A stretch of 64,000 bases of DNA from Pocillopora damicornis (Eukaryota): assembly GCF_003704095.1 (NCBI RefSeq), contig NW_020843420.1, positions 62,001 to 126,000 of the forward strand, given 5' to 3'. Position 1 is the first letter of the stretch; each line of letters opens with the position of its first letter. The translations under genes were made by a program, and so were the position numbers. The notes beneath the pieces were generated by a model. That model saw only the letters and a program-made list of their open reading frames with translations, was not told where the DNA came from and ran no database searches. This document shows, piece after piece, positions 1 to 16,700 of the stretch.

Positions 1-3768
<3,768 letters not shown>

Positions 3769-6700
3769 GTTGGAAATTAATCGATTCCAGTACTACGGAT
3801 TTTTTAGTACCCATTCTTCTGACTCGGCCAACCAAGTACCTGAATGTTTATATCTTGGCTGTTGAGCTCCGTTAAGTAAAAATTAAAATTTAGATAAAAG
3901 TTAAAATTACAAATTTCGAGATTTTACGAGCCACTGTGAAAGTTTGATCAGTGGATCAGGATCTGTTAAATTTTCAGTGACAACCTGAACTGAGATGTTT
4001 ACAACTACATTGAAGCAAAAATATAATAACTGCGGTACATGCCATGAACCATGCTTTCTTTTTCTTCTTTTCAGTTTGATCAGAAAAGAGGATAAAAATG
4101 TTTCGTTAAAAAAAGACAAAAACAATTTAAATATTGTGTGTTTTTGTGGTTAAATCTGAACTACCTGTGCAATGAGAAAATTTTTCACAACAAAAAAAAG
4201 CTAGGAAGAGAGTGGGTGGCAGACGTCATTATAATATTTGTGTTATTTTCAAACAAAGAAAAATCCAGCATCACTTCTCTATTCAGACCGTTGATAAAAA
4301 TTTTAAATAGGATATCTTATTGTGTTCATTTATAAGAGAAAAAAGTTTTCCCATCTGTTACAATGGAGAAAAATCGAGAGAGGGGCCGTGCTAAAACATA
4401 TCGGCGCTTCTTCTAACAATCAGTTTTCAAAAGCCATCATCAGCATACCCACGTTTTTGAAGAGTCACATTCGAACAGAGATACAAGGAACATCCTCTTT
4501 CCTGAACTTTTGTTCGATAATAACATAAAAGATATTGATGAAAATAACAATTACAATGTTTAGTTATCGGTAACATGGGAACCATACTCAGTAAAGGAAG
4601 CATGAATGCGAACTTCAATTTTTAATATGGAGTACTAAATAAAATGCGATGGGGAGGTGGAAACTCTCATTAATCTAGTAACGATTATCCTGTATGATCT
4701 TAAGCAGTCATTAAGGTCTGAAGGAAGCTTCTCAATTCAATTCCGAAGTGAGGTGTAGAAAGAGAATTTTCAGCACAAGTTTGATGCATACATTGATGAT
4801 AATAATCCAATTCCACCCACCAAACTTCGAATGAAATTTATCACAAGACAAAATCTTTTGAGAGACCACAATGGCACCTGGAAATGCTGTGTTGCCTATC
4901 CTCTCGGCTATGATGCCAGCCTACGCATGCGACCTTCTCAGCCAAAAACTTCATTGGATACAACATTAGAAGTGTTGCTTTATTGTTGAAATGATGTGCA
5001 GTTCCAAAGACAACTGGTCTCTATTTACTGAGGAACAAGTGCAGCATGTAAGTAGATTTTCAAAAGGGATTTGTAAGTATCTATAGTTGAGTGCTCCGGC
5101 AAGGTTTCAGCTGAGCAAGCACGTTTGATAACACACTGAAGATATCAACAAATGTGGCTCTTTTTTCATTTTTTTTGCGGGTTATTTAGATCAACCGCCT
5201 GAGCAATATCAGGACAAAATAATTAAATGTGGCGTGAAAATAACCGTCTTATTCGGTAACTAATATTTTTTTAAATAAAACTTTTATAATGATTTACACA
5301 CCTGTTAGAAAACTTATTGTTAAGGCATGCTGGTCAACAGAGCCCACCTAGTGTCTGAGCAAGTTTTTTCTTCTACAATTTTCAACAAAGGATTGCTACA
5401 AATGGGAAGACCTTCCTCCTCGCCAAGGAACAATGAGGCAACTGTGTGAAATTTCAGGATTAGTTCGTGAGATCCCACTACTCACGGTTTTCTTTTTGTT
5501 TTTGAGTTCTGTTGAAGGCAACCGCGCTTCTTGGAAGTACTTGAGCGAAATATCCAAGACTTTCAGGAGATATATGTTCTCCACAAAACAGCATTTTCTC
5601 TTCTTTTCTACAGTTGCCGCCTGAAACCTGCAGCCGACACGAGAGAATGAGAGTCGTTAAAGTCCTAAAAGAAATTTCTTGGAAATTTTGATCTAACAGC
5701 CACCACTCTATTATTAGATCGGGTTTATTGTCCTTCCTACATGGATCCGGACTTGCAGTTGCTAGGAAGTAATTCCACGGTCCTGGAATTCTCCGAATAA
5801 ATTTTTTTGAAGCAGATATTTTCAAAGGCCATCTTTTTAAAGCTTACCAATATTGCCTGGTAATGGCAACGAAAAGTTCAATATTTTTCAGGGCATCGTT
5901 AATTCTATGAAGAGGAAAAATGAAACATATTGTTTTTAGAGAAAGAAAATTTCCTTTACCGTTCACAGACGCCCACACAACAATTTAACCCAGGGTTAAA
6001 AATCTGTAACTAGAAGTTTCTTAAAAATGTAAATCAGGTTTTAACCGACACTACTGTGTATATTGAGTGGTGTTTTCCTGTTTGCTGTCGCATCATCGGT
6101 CAGTGACTCAAAAGCTTCATTTAGAAAGTAGTTCTAAGAACATAAGGAGTGTTTGGGTGATAAGTTTTGTTCATTTAAGGAGTCTTATCTGTGTTAAGTC
6201 GAGACACTTTCCGCACTTGTTGTTTTAACTGGTATTAGGAACTTGAGATTAATTGTGCAAACCGCCGTGGCTACACCAATAAATTTCATTTCTATTTGAA
6301 ATTTCACGTTACACCTGCGGCTAATACCAAATTCGCCTTGAAAGAACGCTTATTTCGAAAAGTGATCGGAAATGCCTATATTTGCAGCATTCTCACATCA
6401 GTGAAGTGATCGGTGGCCTGTGGTTGGTGTATATGCAAATTAAGCGCCTATGATCGGCGTCTAAGGTTAAAGATCATTAGAGCCCTTCGTCATACCGGAA
6501 TTAACAGTTTTGAACAGAAGCGGTACGACCATAGCTTAGAATTTCTTGACAAGTACATTCCGTCCTCTACTAACAGTATTGATAAAAGCAATAAAATTGG
6601 ATGTAATGGTTTCCCTTAAGGAAAAAGAGAACATGACTTGTTACATAATCATTTTGCTCGGTCAAAATATCAACCCAACGAAAAATAAACGCTTCATTTA

Positions 6701-7220
6701 TTCAAAACAAAACCATAAAAGTTACTTTCCCTCTCGGGAGATTATTTCATATTCTACTCGGTACTTATTAATTATGAGACACTAATCGTGGTGAGTAATG
6801 TTTCTATCGTATTTCAGTCACTGTTCCAAAGCAAGTTCATCACAAATATATAGTGTGAAATTGCGAAATTACATTAAGCACGAACGTCTAGTTTGGCCGT
6901 TCCAAACGGCGTATTTACATAACAACAGTATTCGGGGATTGTGAAGAACTTCCTTCTCTGTTTCTTCACGAAACGAATTACATTTTAAGGCTTGCTTCAC
7001 GTCCCTCGCACACCAATACGGTGATAGACAAGTATGTTTATACCGTACCTAGAAATAACTACGGGTTACAACGTTGAAAATAAACTACCCTCTGCTCCCT
7101 CATTATAAAAATATAGACTCACTTCCAAAGTTCAGAGAATCCAGTGGCAAATGTGACGCATACCTTCATTGGAGGTCTAGTTTCAAAGTTTTCATTGCGG
7201 TAACGTTCTTGAAACGTTCT

Positions 7221-8372
7221 TTAAAAACACGGAACTAAACTGTTATAAGCATAGGTACTTAATGTTTGACTTCTGGTCGATACAGGCACCATGTAACCAG
7301 AAGCAGGAACGAATGGATAAGATGCTGTCTTATCGCTGTACACCACCATCGGCATATAACTCACTTCACCGCGATGCTGCTTTCCTAAAAAGTCTATAAG
7401 GCGAAGGGTTTGTTTTCGTTCGTGTCCCATGAGGCAAACCGTGGAGGATGAAACAATATGATAAAGAACCATCAAATATTCATATTGAGCTCGCTCGTCT
7501 CCGATGAAATGATTTGCCAAGTAACTCTCCAACTTCTGTTGCTGCTGATGGATATCGCTGAAGTCGATAAAGAAACGACTACACATGTATCTCTCTAGGA
7601 TCTTGATCTCTTCGTAGTTTTCTGGTACATAATTTCGCACCAAAAGATTGCAGTACTTAAGGAGACCACCACCTCGTATTTCCTCCGGGTTACGGGTAGC
7701 TATCAGTTTGTTGTCTAAATGATAGAGGGCAAGCTTAATATCGCCGTAAACCGACTCGGCAACAACGGTAGGGAAGAAATTAGGCTTCATCGGCACTGGC
7801 GACAGTTTGTAGAAGCCAAAAAGGGAATCGAGGATAATTTGAAACGAATCAACCGAGAATTCAAACTGCCTACGCATCGAGTCGACGAATTTCAGTTCGA
7901 CGTTTTTCCCTTGGTTGTTCCAAAGCGAGATTAACGACCAACGATCGTTGTCAGTCGACACTTTCACCATCTTTTGAACATAGGCTTCTTTCAAGATGCA
8001 GCTATTGATTCTATCCTTCGGTACTTCACTGGGGAAGAAATTGAGAAGCGAGTTCAACACGACACACTTGATCTGCTGTAAGTGCAAATTAGAGCGAATC
8101 TCCACACCGAAGATCAAGTCAATATCATTGTACGAACAGTTGCTCTCTGTACTTAAGATATTGCTGGCAGTACTTCCATTCAATCGGAGGTCGCGGACTT
8201 TTAATCCTTCCTCTTTAAGGCCTGCTGTCACAGTCTCTATAAAATCTTTGAGGGGTACTTCTAGAGTAGGAAAATTTCCTCGGCCATGAATGAAGACAGT
8301 TTGGTTTAATACACTGTGAAGACGAGTGAGCTGGTTGAATGTGAGAACTTGGCAGTTGTTTTTAAGCTCCAT
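7221..8372 (-). CDS. TENT5: Terminal nucleotidyltransferase 5 (FAM46 family) non-canonical poly(A) polymerase; single coding exon, 383 aa
   Basis: Motifs [18 protein letters not shown]...YNDIDLIF (NTase GS/DxD), [55 protein letters not shown] and [10 protein letters not shown]. The first ATG is at 8372; the track start at 8393 is a GTG. Confidence 0.97.
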   Translation of the reverse strand: MELKNNCQVLTFNQLTRLHSVLNQTVFIHGRGNFPTLEVPLKDFIETVTAGLKEEGLKVRDLRLNGSTASNILSTESNCSYNDIDLIFGVEIRSNLHLQQIKCVVLNSLLNFFPSEVPKDRINSCILKEAYVQKMVKVSTDNDRWSLISLWNNQGKNVELKFVDSMRRQFEFSVDSFQIILDSLFGFYKLSPVPMKPNFFPTVVAESVYGDIKLALYHLDNKLIATRNPEEIRGGGLLKYCNLLVRNYVPENYEEIKILERYMCSRFFIDFSDIHQQQQKLESYLANHFIGDERAQYEYLMVLYHIVSSSTVCLMGHERKQTLRLIDFLGKQHRGEVSYMPMVVYSDKTASYPFVPASGYMVPVSTRSQTLSTYAYNSLVPCF

Positions 8373-8529
8373 ATCCGCTCTTTTCTTCTGCACTGTCGTC
8401 TACTGTAGTAAGAATGTAGAGATCTCTGGATCGTTCGTTTAGGGAATGCAAACTGTGTAAATTTACCGATGTAGTGGTAAAAATTTGCCGACGACAAGAA
8501 GATATCATGTCGCAGTCATAATTTGCACG

Positions 8530-9135
8530 ATCTGATTGGCTAGAGAGACAATACAACTCAGTCTCTTGGCAACAGCACGAGAGTTAGGGGTGACAGGATA
8601 TTATTACAACCAATGACATGATGGGGTTTTATCAGCCCACATCCCGCCCACAATTCGTAAACATATTAGATAAAATTTCATGTTTCAGCAAATTGCCTTA
8701 GCTTCCTGCCTTTTGGGTTGTATACATTCTCTGGCAGAAAATAACAAGGCTTGCGAAAAAACACTCTATGCGATGATCAAGATTCTCAGAGAGGTTTGAT
8801 TTCTTCCCGGAAAGTTGACGCAGCACGAAGATCATTAGGGAATGTGCGTCAATAATTCAGATCGAAGGCGTAAGATAGCATTATCAGCCCTCGTGCCTCG
8901 CATTATTCATGAACACAAAGGGACGAAATTAAATGAGTTTTTGAACGTTTAAGTGACGTCAGAGATTACAAGAGTTTTATTTGTATACGGAAAAAACTGG
9001 TAGAATTGTTCTCAAGCTCTACGAAAATAAATAGCTTCAACCAATACGCAGTACGAGAGGAAGTTTCACTGCTAAATTAATAAAATTACGATCAATGTCG
9101 GAAACTCCTGTTTTTAATTCCGAAATTTCCCAACG
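8530..9135 (-). promoter_or_regulatory. Putative TENT5 promoter: CCAAT boxes, GC box, GAS, CRE, C/EBP-like and kB-like sites
   Basis: ATTGG about 8535, CCAAT about 8610, CCCGCCC about 8643, TTGCGAAA 8751, TTCCCGGAA 8804-8812, TGACGCA about 8816, TGACGTCA 8954-8961, GGGAAATTTC (minus) about 9122-9131. Motif matches only. Confidence 0.45.
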
Positions 9136-10798
9136 GATTGTGCGAAGTATTCGAAATCTCCTTCGTGAACTAAACCAAGGGAAAGGAATTCGTTGGAGTA
9201 AGTTTCTACAAACGGGAATAAAATCTCCCCCTCTAAAAAAAAAATAAAATAAAATAAATATGCATCCCATCGGAAGTAAACTTTAATCTTTTGAAAGTAT
9301 ATTCCAAAAATCCTTCTTAGAATCATTTATATATGTACAAAATACTAAGTTTAACTCATTTTTTCATTTAATTATACTGTAAAGATACAAAATATTCAAA
9401 AGTAAGTCAAGGGCTCAGTAGTAAACACTGATTAAGAGGAAAATCTTTTGTAATAAACTAGATTGATAACCTGAACTAGACGAAAATTTTGTCACGATAT
9501 TATATCAACTTCCTTCCTTCAGCGTCAAGGATCGTTTTCAATGAAAAACACGCTCTAAAATTTACATTTCAACAACTTGACACTTTCCAGATCAGTTATC
9601 TTATTTAATATTTATCCAGATTTCTCTGTTTCTTTTCCGCTAAAATGAGTGCACCAGCGAAACGATATTACTTCAAAATAATTCATTCCTTAGCCGGAGA
9701 GATGATTAAAATCCTCACTAAATATAATGGTGGGAACTCACGAACCCACATTTATTTATATACAAGTTATTTGAGCTATGTCTGAAAGTAAATCTACAGA
9801 AATATACTGTCAGTAGAACGAATACATCCTTAAGGGAGCTTTTATTGTTTAATTTATTTTCGTCACATGTCTGTCACTAGTTTGAACTGAAGCGCTTATG
9901 AAAGATTTCGTTTAAGATTTGCTGTCAAGCTGATACGGATAAATTAAGATAAGAAAGGAATTATTTCGACCATCAAGGAAGAAATACGTTTGAAATCCCC
10001 CAAACCACCCCACATTAAACTTCCTACAAGTCCCAAAGCGTAAATTTCCAAAAATATCTTTATTCCTTTTCATATATTCAAAAGTACAGTTTGTTGCTCC
10101 CAATTCATTTCAATAAATTTTTGACGCTTCTAGACTTGATCTAACTACACTTGTAATTTACAGTATTAATTATCGTGGATCAATCGAAGAAAAAGCCCGA
10201 GTTGAAACACAATATAAATCTAAATGAAGAAAAAGTGGCACTCGCTATGGTCCTTCTCTCTCTCAAGGCAAAATTCGGTTGCCTGTAGCACCTATGTGTT
10301 TGTAGAAATATCATCTTGTCCATATCTACCTTGTTCTAATCGTAGATATCAAAGCCTCATTCCGTGAGCTAAAAAAAGACGACAATTCCCCGAGGAACAA
10401 ACTCAGAAAAATAGAGATACAATCTTACTTCCAAGTCGTCTTCATTAGTTTGTATTAAAAACAGTTCCTTAATGTTCATGCATTTATAGGACTTATCTAA
10501 TTCATTCTAACACTAATCGAAGTTTTTCCTGAGTAATTAAAGAAGAATTCCTCTTATCTCTAAAACTGCCACTTGAAAAAGTGGCTGAATTTTAACGAGG
10601 CATTACAAGAATCATTTGAATATGGTCCGAGAATGATGCGGACTGAAGAGTAATTGTAAGCCGAATCATTTCACTGCCGGAATAGATATGGCATTTATTG
10701 TCTGAGGAGGCAATAACCGCCATGTGTCTTCCAAAAGATGAGTAACTGTCTAAATTTATTGGCGGAATCGGTTTCATCTTAAATTTAAACAACGACTC

Positions 10799-13700
10799 TT
10801 ACAGACTTCCCGTGCGGTACGTACTGGCTGGAGTGTGGTAATTATTTCCATTTTCCTGTGAGGAAAAATAGATAAGATTAACAACAAACGAAATGACTAA
10901 CAAAAAACTACTTCCAAAAGCCAAAAACAAAAAAAAAAACCAAATAAGAAGTAAAACAAAACAAAACTCTACCGTTTGAGGTTCACGGGGGTAAAGTGTG
11001 TCTAACCTGCTCTGGACACATTTTTTGTTTGTTACCAGGGCATTTTTGTTATATTATGGTAAAACACATACCTTCATGTCATACTCTAAGACGAAGGCCG
11101 GAATTTCCAATTGATCAGGATCAATCCAGTCATACAGGTACTGGATTCCAGACAAAAAGTGAACCTTATCTTTGATTGAGGAAGCGGTGAAAGTCGTGAA
11201 AAACCACGTAACAATTCTAACCCAAACAGTAGGGTGAACTATGTAAAAGGCTTTAAGATTACGACGATACCTAAGCACAAGCAGAAATATGTGTCACTCA
11301 AGTCATGTGATACTAACGTACAAATGTTACTGACGATGTTTTCATATTATTGACCAATCCCCTGGATAAAGGCTAGTCTCCCATGTTGGCAGATTAAAAA
11401 CAATTTTAAATGAAACCAACCTCCCGCCAGCTCTAAGCAAAGTGTGATTTAACTCAGTAACATCAAAGGTGAGAAAAACTAACTTGTTATCCACCAAATG
11501 ATAAATATCTTTCAAAAATGACAATGGAGGCTGATTTTCCTCTGAACTCAGTGTATGCAAGTACACAATAACATAATCCCTGTTGACAATCTTGTCCAAT
11601 ACGGAGATGAAGTAAGCTACAGCCTGAAAAACAAGACAGTAGGCAAAAGTAAAACCCACAACCTCGAACATATGTGGCAATCCCAGAAGTCACGCTACGA
11701 GTCGTTATGGTCTGGGTTGGGCTTAGGTTTATCTAAACTTGTCTGGCGATATTGTTTTCGATTTTCAGTATAAGCAATTCCGACCTCCCCCCCCCCTCCC
11801 CTCTCGTCTGTTCACAACACAGACAAACATACGAATTTCGCTTTTATAGTACAACATGAACACAGTTCCATGACCTCATCATCACCGATCGATGTTTACG
11901 AGAAAAAATTAAAGATTGCAATTCATGTTCAACTAATTAAAAACACTTCTCGAGTAGACCACCAAAAACAACTCTTAGTATAAGACAAAATAACCGCAGA
12001 ACAACATACACCATGTCTATCTAAAGGTTAACAAGTTGGGTTTTGATCTGTAACACAAATTCGATCACCTGGTTTTGGTGGGTCACTTCTTAGAGGGAGG
12101 GGTGTAAGTATCAATTCTGCAGACTTTGGCCACCTCTACAGCATACAGGAACAAACCTTATTTAAGTCTACACTTCTTGCTTGAAAATGTCGACCAACAA
12201 ATACTATAACAGGTCTGCCAAGAAAATCCACACCTACATAACACAGATTTAATATTGTGGTTATTAAAATAATGCCCAAATATCGGTTGCCACACCACAG
12301 AGTTAGTGAATAAGTCAGAAAGAACAATTGAAAATTACTCACATTACAACTCATGGAAAAGATATGTTGTGACTGATCCATGGAGGATTGTGTTCCATCA
12401 GTACTATATCAAATCAATAAATCTGCGCTTTCCGATTGATTTAATGGCATAATAACAATGCACTTGATGTTGCCAGAACATAAGAAAAGTCTGTACATCA
12501 CTTGCCTGACTTTGTGCTCATTTAGAAAAAAAACAACATTTGGATGAGAAATGTCAGTGAAAAGGAAAAATTAACCAAAAACAAAACCTGATTGGTAGAC
12601 CATCTTTAGCCTCAGGAGACTTGAGAAATCTTCTGTCCTGGCTCGTCGCAGCCATCTCTGATACCTGAAATAAACAACATCCCTACACAATTAATACAGA
12701 ACAGGTCATACATGGATACCAAAAGATTCAAAATCAATTAAAACCAATGGCTACAATGTGTAACTACAATGTATGGTGGGGTTGCCAATTGAAGACTTCT
12801 CAAATCTCTTACACTCTCTCATGTTGAATCGCATGTTGTTCACTGGGTGATCTTTGTAATCGTTGTCTTGTTAGTTGATCATGATCTCCTGCCATTGCTG
12901 AGAAGGAATGTTTGCCAACAGTAGCTGAGTCCAACATGTGAATAGCACCAGCTTCTTCTGCTTCTTCTACATCAGCATCTGCACATGTTTTAAACACTTT
13001 CCAATCAACTCACTATTCTATATTATATCTGCTGACACTGGATTAAATAAAAAAGAAGGGTTTGTACTTTCTCAGAGCTGAGATAATGGAGCAAATGTAC
13101 ATATTCCTTACCATCATCAGAGTGTCTTTGACCAAGTGGTTTATCCATTATTCTAATTTGTCTTTCAGCAATCACTGGTTCACCATTTTCATTCCCTAAC
13201 AAATGCAATGACAGAGAAGAAACTAAACATTCTGCTAAGTCTGCATGAGTAACTTTCAACTGGTGTTAAGGTTGCAACCTTCCAGGATTGAAATTGAAAT
13301 TATCTTTTATAGTTAGTTTCTCATGTCAGCTGCCGAATCTATGACAGAAAAAGAAATTTCAGCTCACCAATGTCATCTGGAAGTTTATTCAACACATAGT
13401 CTTCCTCTTCTTTGCTTCTAGGGAAGTACAGAGGCATGACATTCTTGTATATGGCCTTGCAAAAAAAACCAGTAAAAAATTCAAGTAGTTAGGATGAATG
13501 ACACAAAAGGTTAAAAAAAAAAAAAATTACCCCTTGTACCTCATCAGCATTTTCAGCAGCAAAAATAACAAGTTCAATATCAGAAAACTTTTCCAGAAAT
13601 CGTCTAACAGTTCCTGCAACCAAAACATAAAACTATCAAATCCTGCATCTGTGTTTTCTAAGAAACGCTAAAAACATACATGTGGATGTTGACATTAATG

Positions 13701-16700
13701 AATAACTGTTTTAATCTATACAAGCTTGGTAATAGAGCTTTGACATGAGGAGATGTTAGAAAAAAGAATATTGAAGAAAAACAAAAACAACAAAAATAAT
13801 TACACAAAAAGACATTGATTATTTAATAAGACCCATAGAGAAGACAGGTATACAGGATCAACAATATTATTTTATTCTTCCTTTAATAAAAAAACAAATC
13901 AACAAAATCTGATAGCCAAAGAAACTTCTAATCAAGACTTACGTAAAGCTATGTGGGCACCATCCTCAGGGGGGTAGCCTCTTCTGGATGTGTTTATCAC
14001 ACAGAGACCAACTGAGGCAATCCTGTTCTCTCTAAATCATATAATATGTGAAATTAGTTATTCTGTTAGCCATTCTCATGGTATCAATAACTTTGTCACA
14101 TGGATAAAAAAAGCAAAATTGTTCTTGGAAGTAATCTTGCAAGTCATGTACAAGAATGTTCTTACAAGAGTGGCCTAACTCCTCTGGGTTCTAAAAGATT
14201 TAAAATTGTTTCCCATTTCCCTGTTTTTTGTTGGCTAGTACTTGCTTTTGATTGATTTCCTATACTACCCACATACCTCTCAAAGGAATCTATGGTTTGC
14301 ATTTGGTTTCCTCAAAGAATTAAAAATAAACTTTAACCTACCATTAGGTAAGTCAGGTTTGACTTTTTTATTCATGACATAAGTCATATAGACTGGTACT
14401 GACCAATAACTTACAGTACTTCCCATGAAATGTCCAACAATTCTGAAATTACCCACCTCACTATTTTCATTACACTTCTGTAACAAGAGAAAAGAGCACT
14501 CTCTGCCGCAGTTTTGTATTTGATGTTGTATCGTGGACCCACAGTGTGAATAACAAATCTACAAGTTACAAAATGAGGACTGTTTAACCTCTAAATAAAG
14601 CTAATAAGTGATGGAACCACAGGTAAAGTGAATACAAGATACACTACAGTTAAAACATGACCACATAACATATCATTAAAAGGATAAAAAGTTGCTACCT
14701 CAACAACATTTTTGTTCAGGGGTAATATTTTGTTTGGGAGTTTTCATCATAAATAAGCCAGTTATAATTACTAATTCCAAAAATTCACATTTGTAAATTA
14801 TTTGTATAACACTCATTTTTATATAGGCAAATACGACAAAAAGATGTCCATCCTCATTACAGCATTTTCCCTCCAATTTCAACTTCCTGCATGCATCCAT
14901 ATCTTGATATACCATGACACTAAACATGAACTAATTGTTCAATCTTCATTAGGTGTAACAAAAGTATTGCACACAGTAAAAATGTTACTCAAACATTTGG
15001 TCTTGAAAGGTTAGAATTGTAGTGTGAATGAAGGTTATTATATTACATACCTTGCTGGCAGACCATAACCCTTTGAAATTTTAGCTTCTCCAGTCCTGCA
15101 CCCTGACAGCAATTATGACATCACGTTTCAATTTTAAATTACAAAAAAATGCCAACAGAGATACACCACATTACAACACTGAACTTGAGTTGCACACAAT
15201 ACTGCCTCACAGACTAATTAACTGATAAATTAAAGGGAAGGAAATTTGAGGGAAAAAATACTACAACATACAGGTAACTATCAAAAATTTAATACTGATT
15301 CAGCTCCAGGACAGTTTTAAAACATATATTGTTCATCTGATGATAAAGAACTAGAACAGACTTATCTTACCAAGTAACTGTGTTTTACATTCCTGCAAGA
15401 GTTCTGGACCTGCTGCCCGATGGATTCTTTCACTTAACATTCCTTTGCTACTTAAAGATTCATTTGTTGTGTTAACTATTGCAATGGTATTCAGTTTAGT
15501 GATATCACCAGACCTAAAAATCAGAAAAAAAATTACTTTAATTAGTCTTTGTAAAATGCAAAACCCAAAGGAGCAGGGAAGTATAGTTAAGTCAAAAGCA
15601 CAAAACACCTTGTTGATAGTGACAAAAAAAAATGTCCTGTAATTTTACTTTAAATTTGCTGTATATACGAGCCTCTGTTGGAGTAGCTGTTGATGTGATG
15701 AGTTCAATCCTCAGTTTCCTTTGCCTGCTGTGAAGCAGGCTATCATTAGTGATGAGATACAAGTAGCAAAGTGTTGTTTTCAGCAAGCAAGTTTAAGTGT
15801 GCAAGAGGTCTGCAAGGGTTTTGGGACAAAAATTAGAGCCTGTTAATGGACACCACTGTTTTCCGATTCTAGTTTCATATTTAACAACTTAATAGTGAAA
15901 AGTGCCAAAGTTATTTGCCAACAGAATTGGATAAAATAATGACAGCAAATCTCAAAATGAGACATTTTGATCAAAGATAGCTCAAATGATCATAAATTGT
16001 GGCAAAAGAGTTGTATGCAAAGTCTATATATGTAATGCTTTTGTTTTACTGTATGAAAAAATGTACTATAGTGTAAAGGGCATCTAATTAGCTTGCTATA
16101 ATATGTCATTCTCTGTTTTCTTTATCTTGTTGTAATCATTCAAGGGTTGTCATTGTTGAAATAGAGGAAATAATAAAAATAAGAAAATAATAAAACACAA
16201 AGTGTGCCAAAGTGCTGAGTTTGCAAGTGCTCTTTCACTGTTAAACATAACAGGAAGATCAGGCTGGGTATTGACTGAAAACTTATTCAACTTATGAAAT
16301 TCCCATGGGAGCCACAGAGAAGTATTGTTAGTGATCTACAAAGATGTAGACATTCAAATGGTAAAGTGGTCTGATTTTTCAGGTCTATTCGACAATCCGT
16401 GGACACAATGTAAAATAGAAACTCAACTAAAGGCAGTACACAGGTGCTCACAACCAGCTTTTGTTTTACTGTATGAAAAAATGTACTATAATGTAAAGGG
16501 CATCTAATAAGCTTGCTACAATATGTCATTCTCCATTTTCTTTATCTTGTTGTAATCATTCAAGGGTTGTCATTGTTGAAATAGAGGAAATAATAAAAAT
16601 AATAAAACACAAAGTGTGCCAAAGTGCTGAGTTTGCAAGTGCTCTTTCACTGTTAAATATAACAGGAAGATCAGGCTGGGTATTGACCGAAGACTTATTT

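Noticed and set aside
3800-7200. Short overlapping ORFs between BCKDHB and TENT5
   Set aside because: No domain similarity or consistent splice chain; more likely BCKDHB promoter, TENT5 3' UTR and intergenic DNA.
8373-8393. N-terminal extension of TENT5 shown in the ORF track
   Set aside because: It depends on a GTG start; the first ATG is at 8372.
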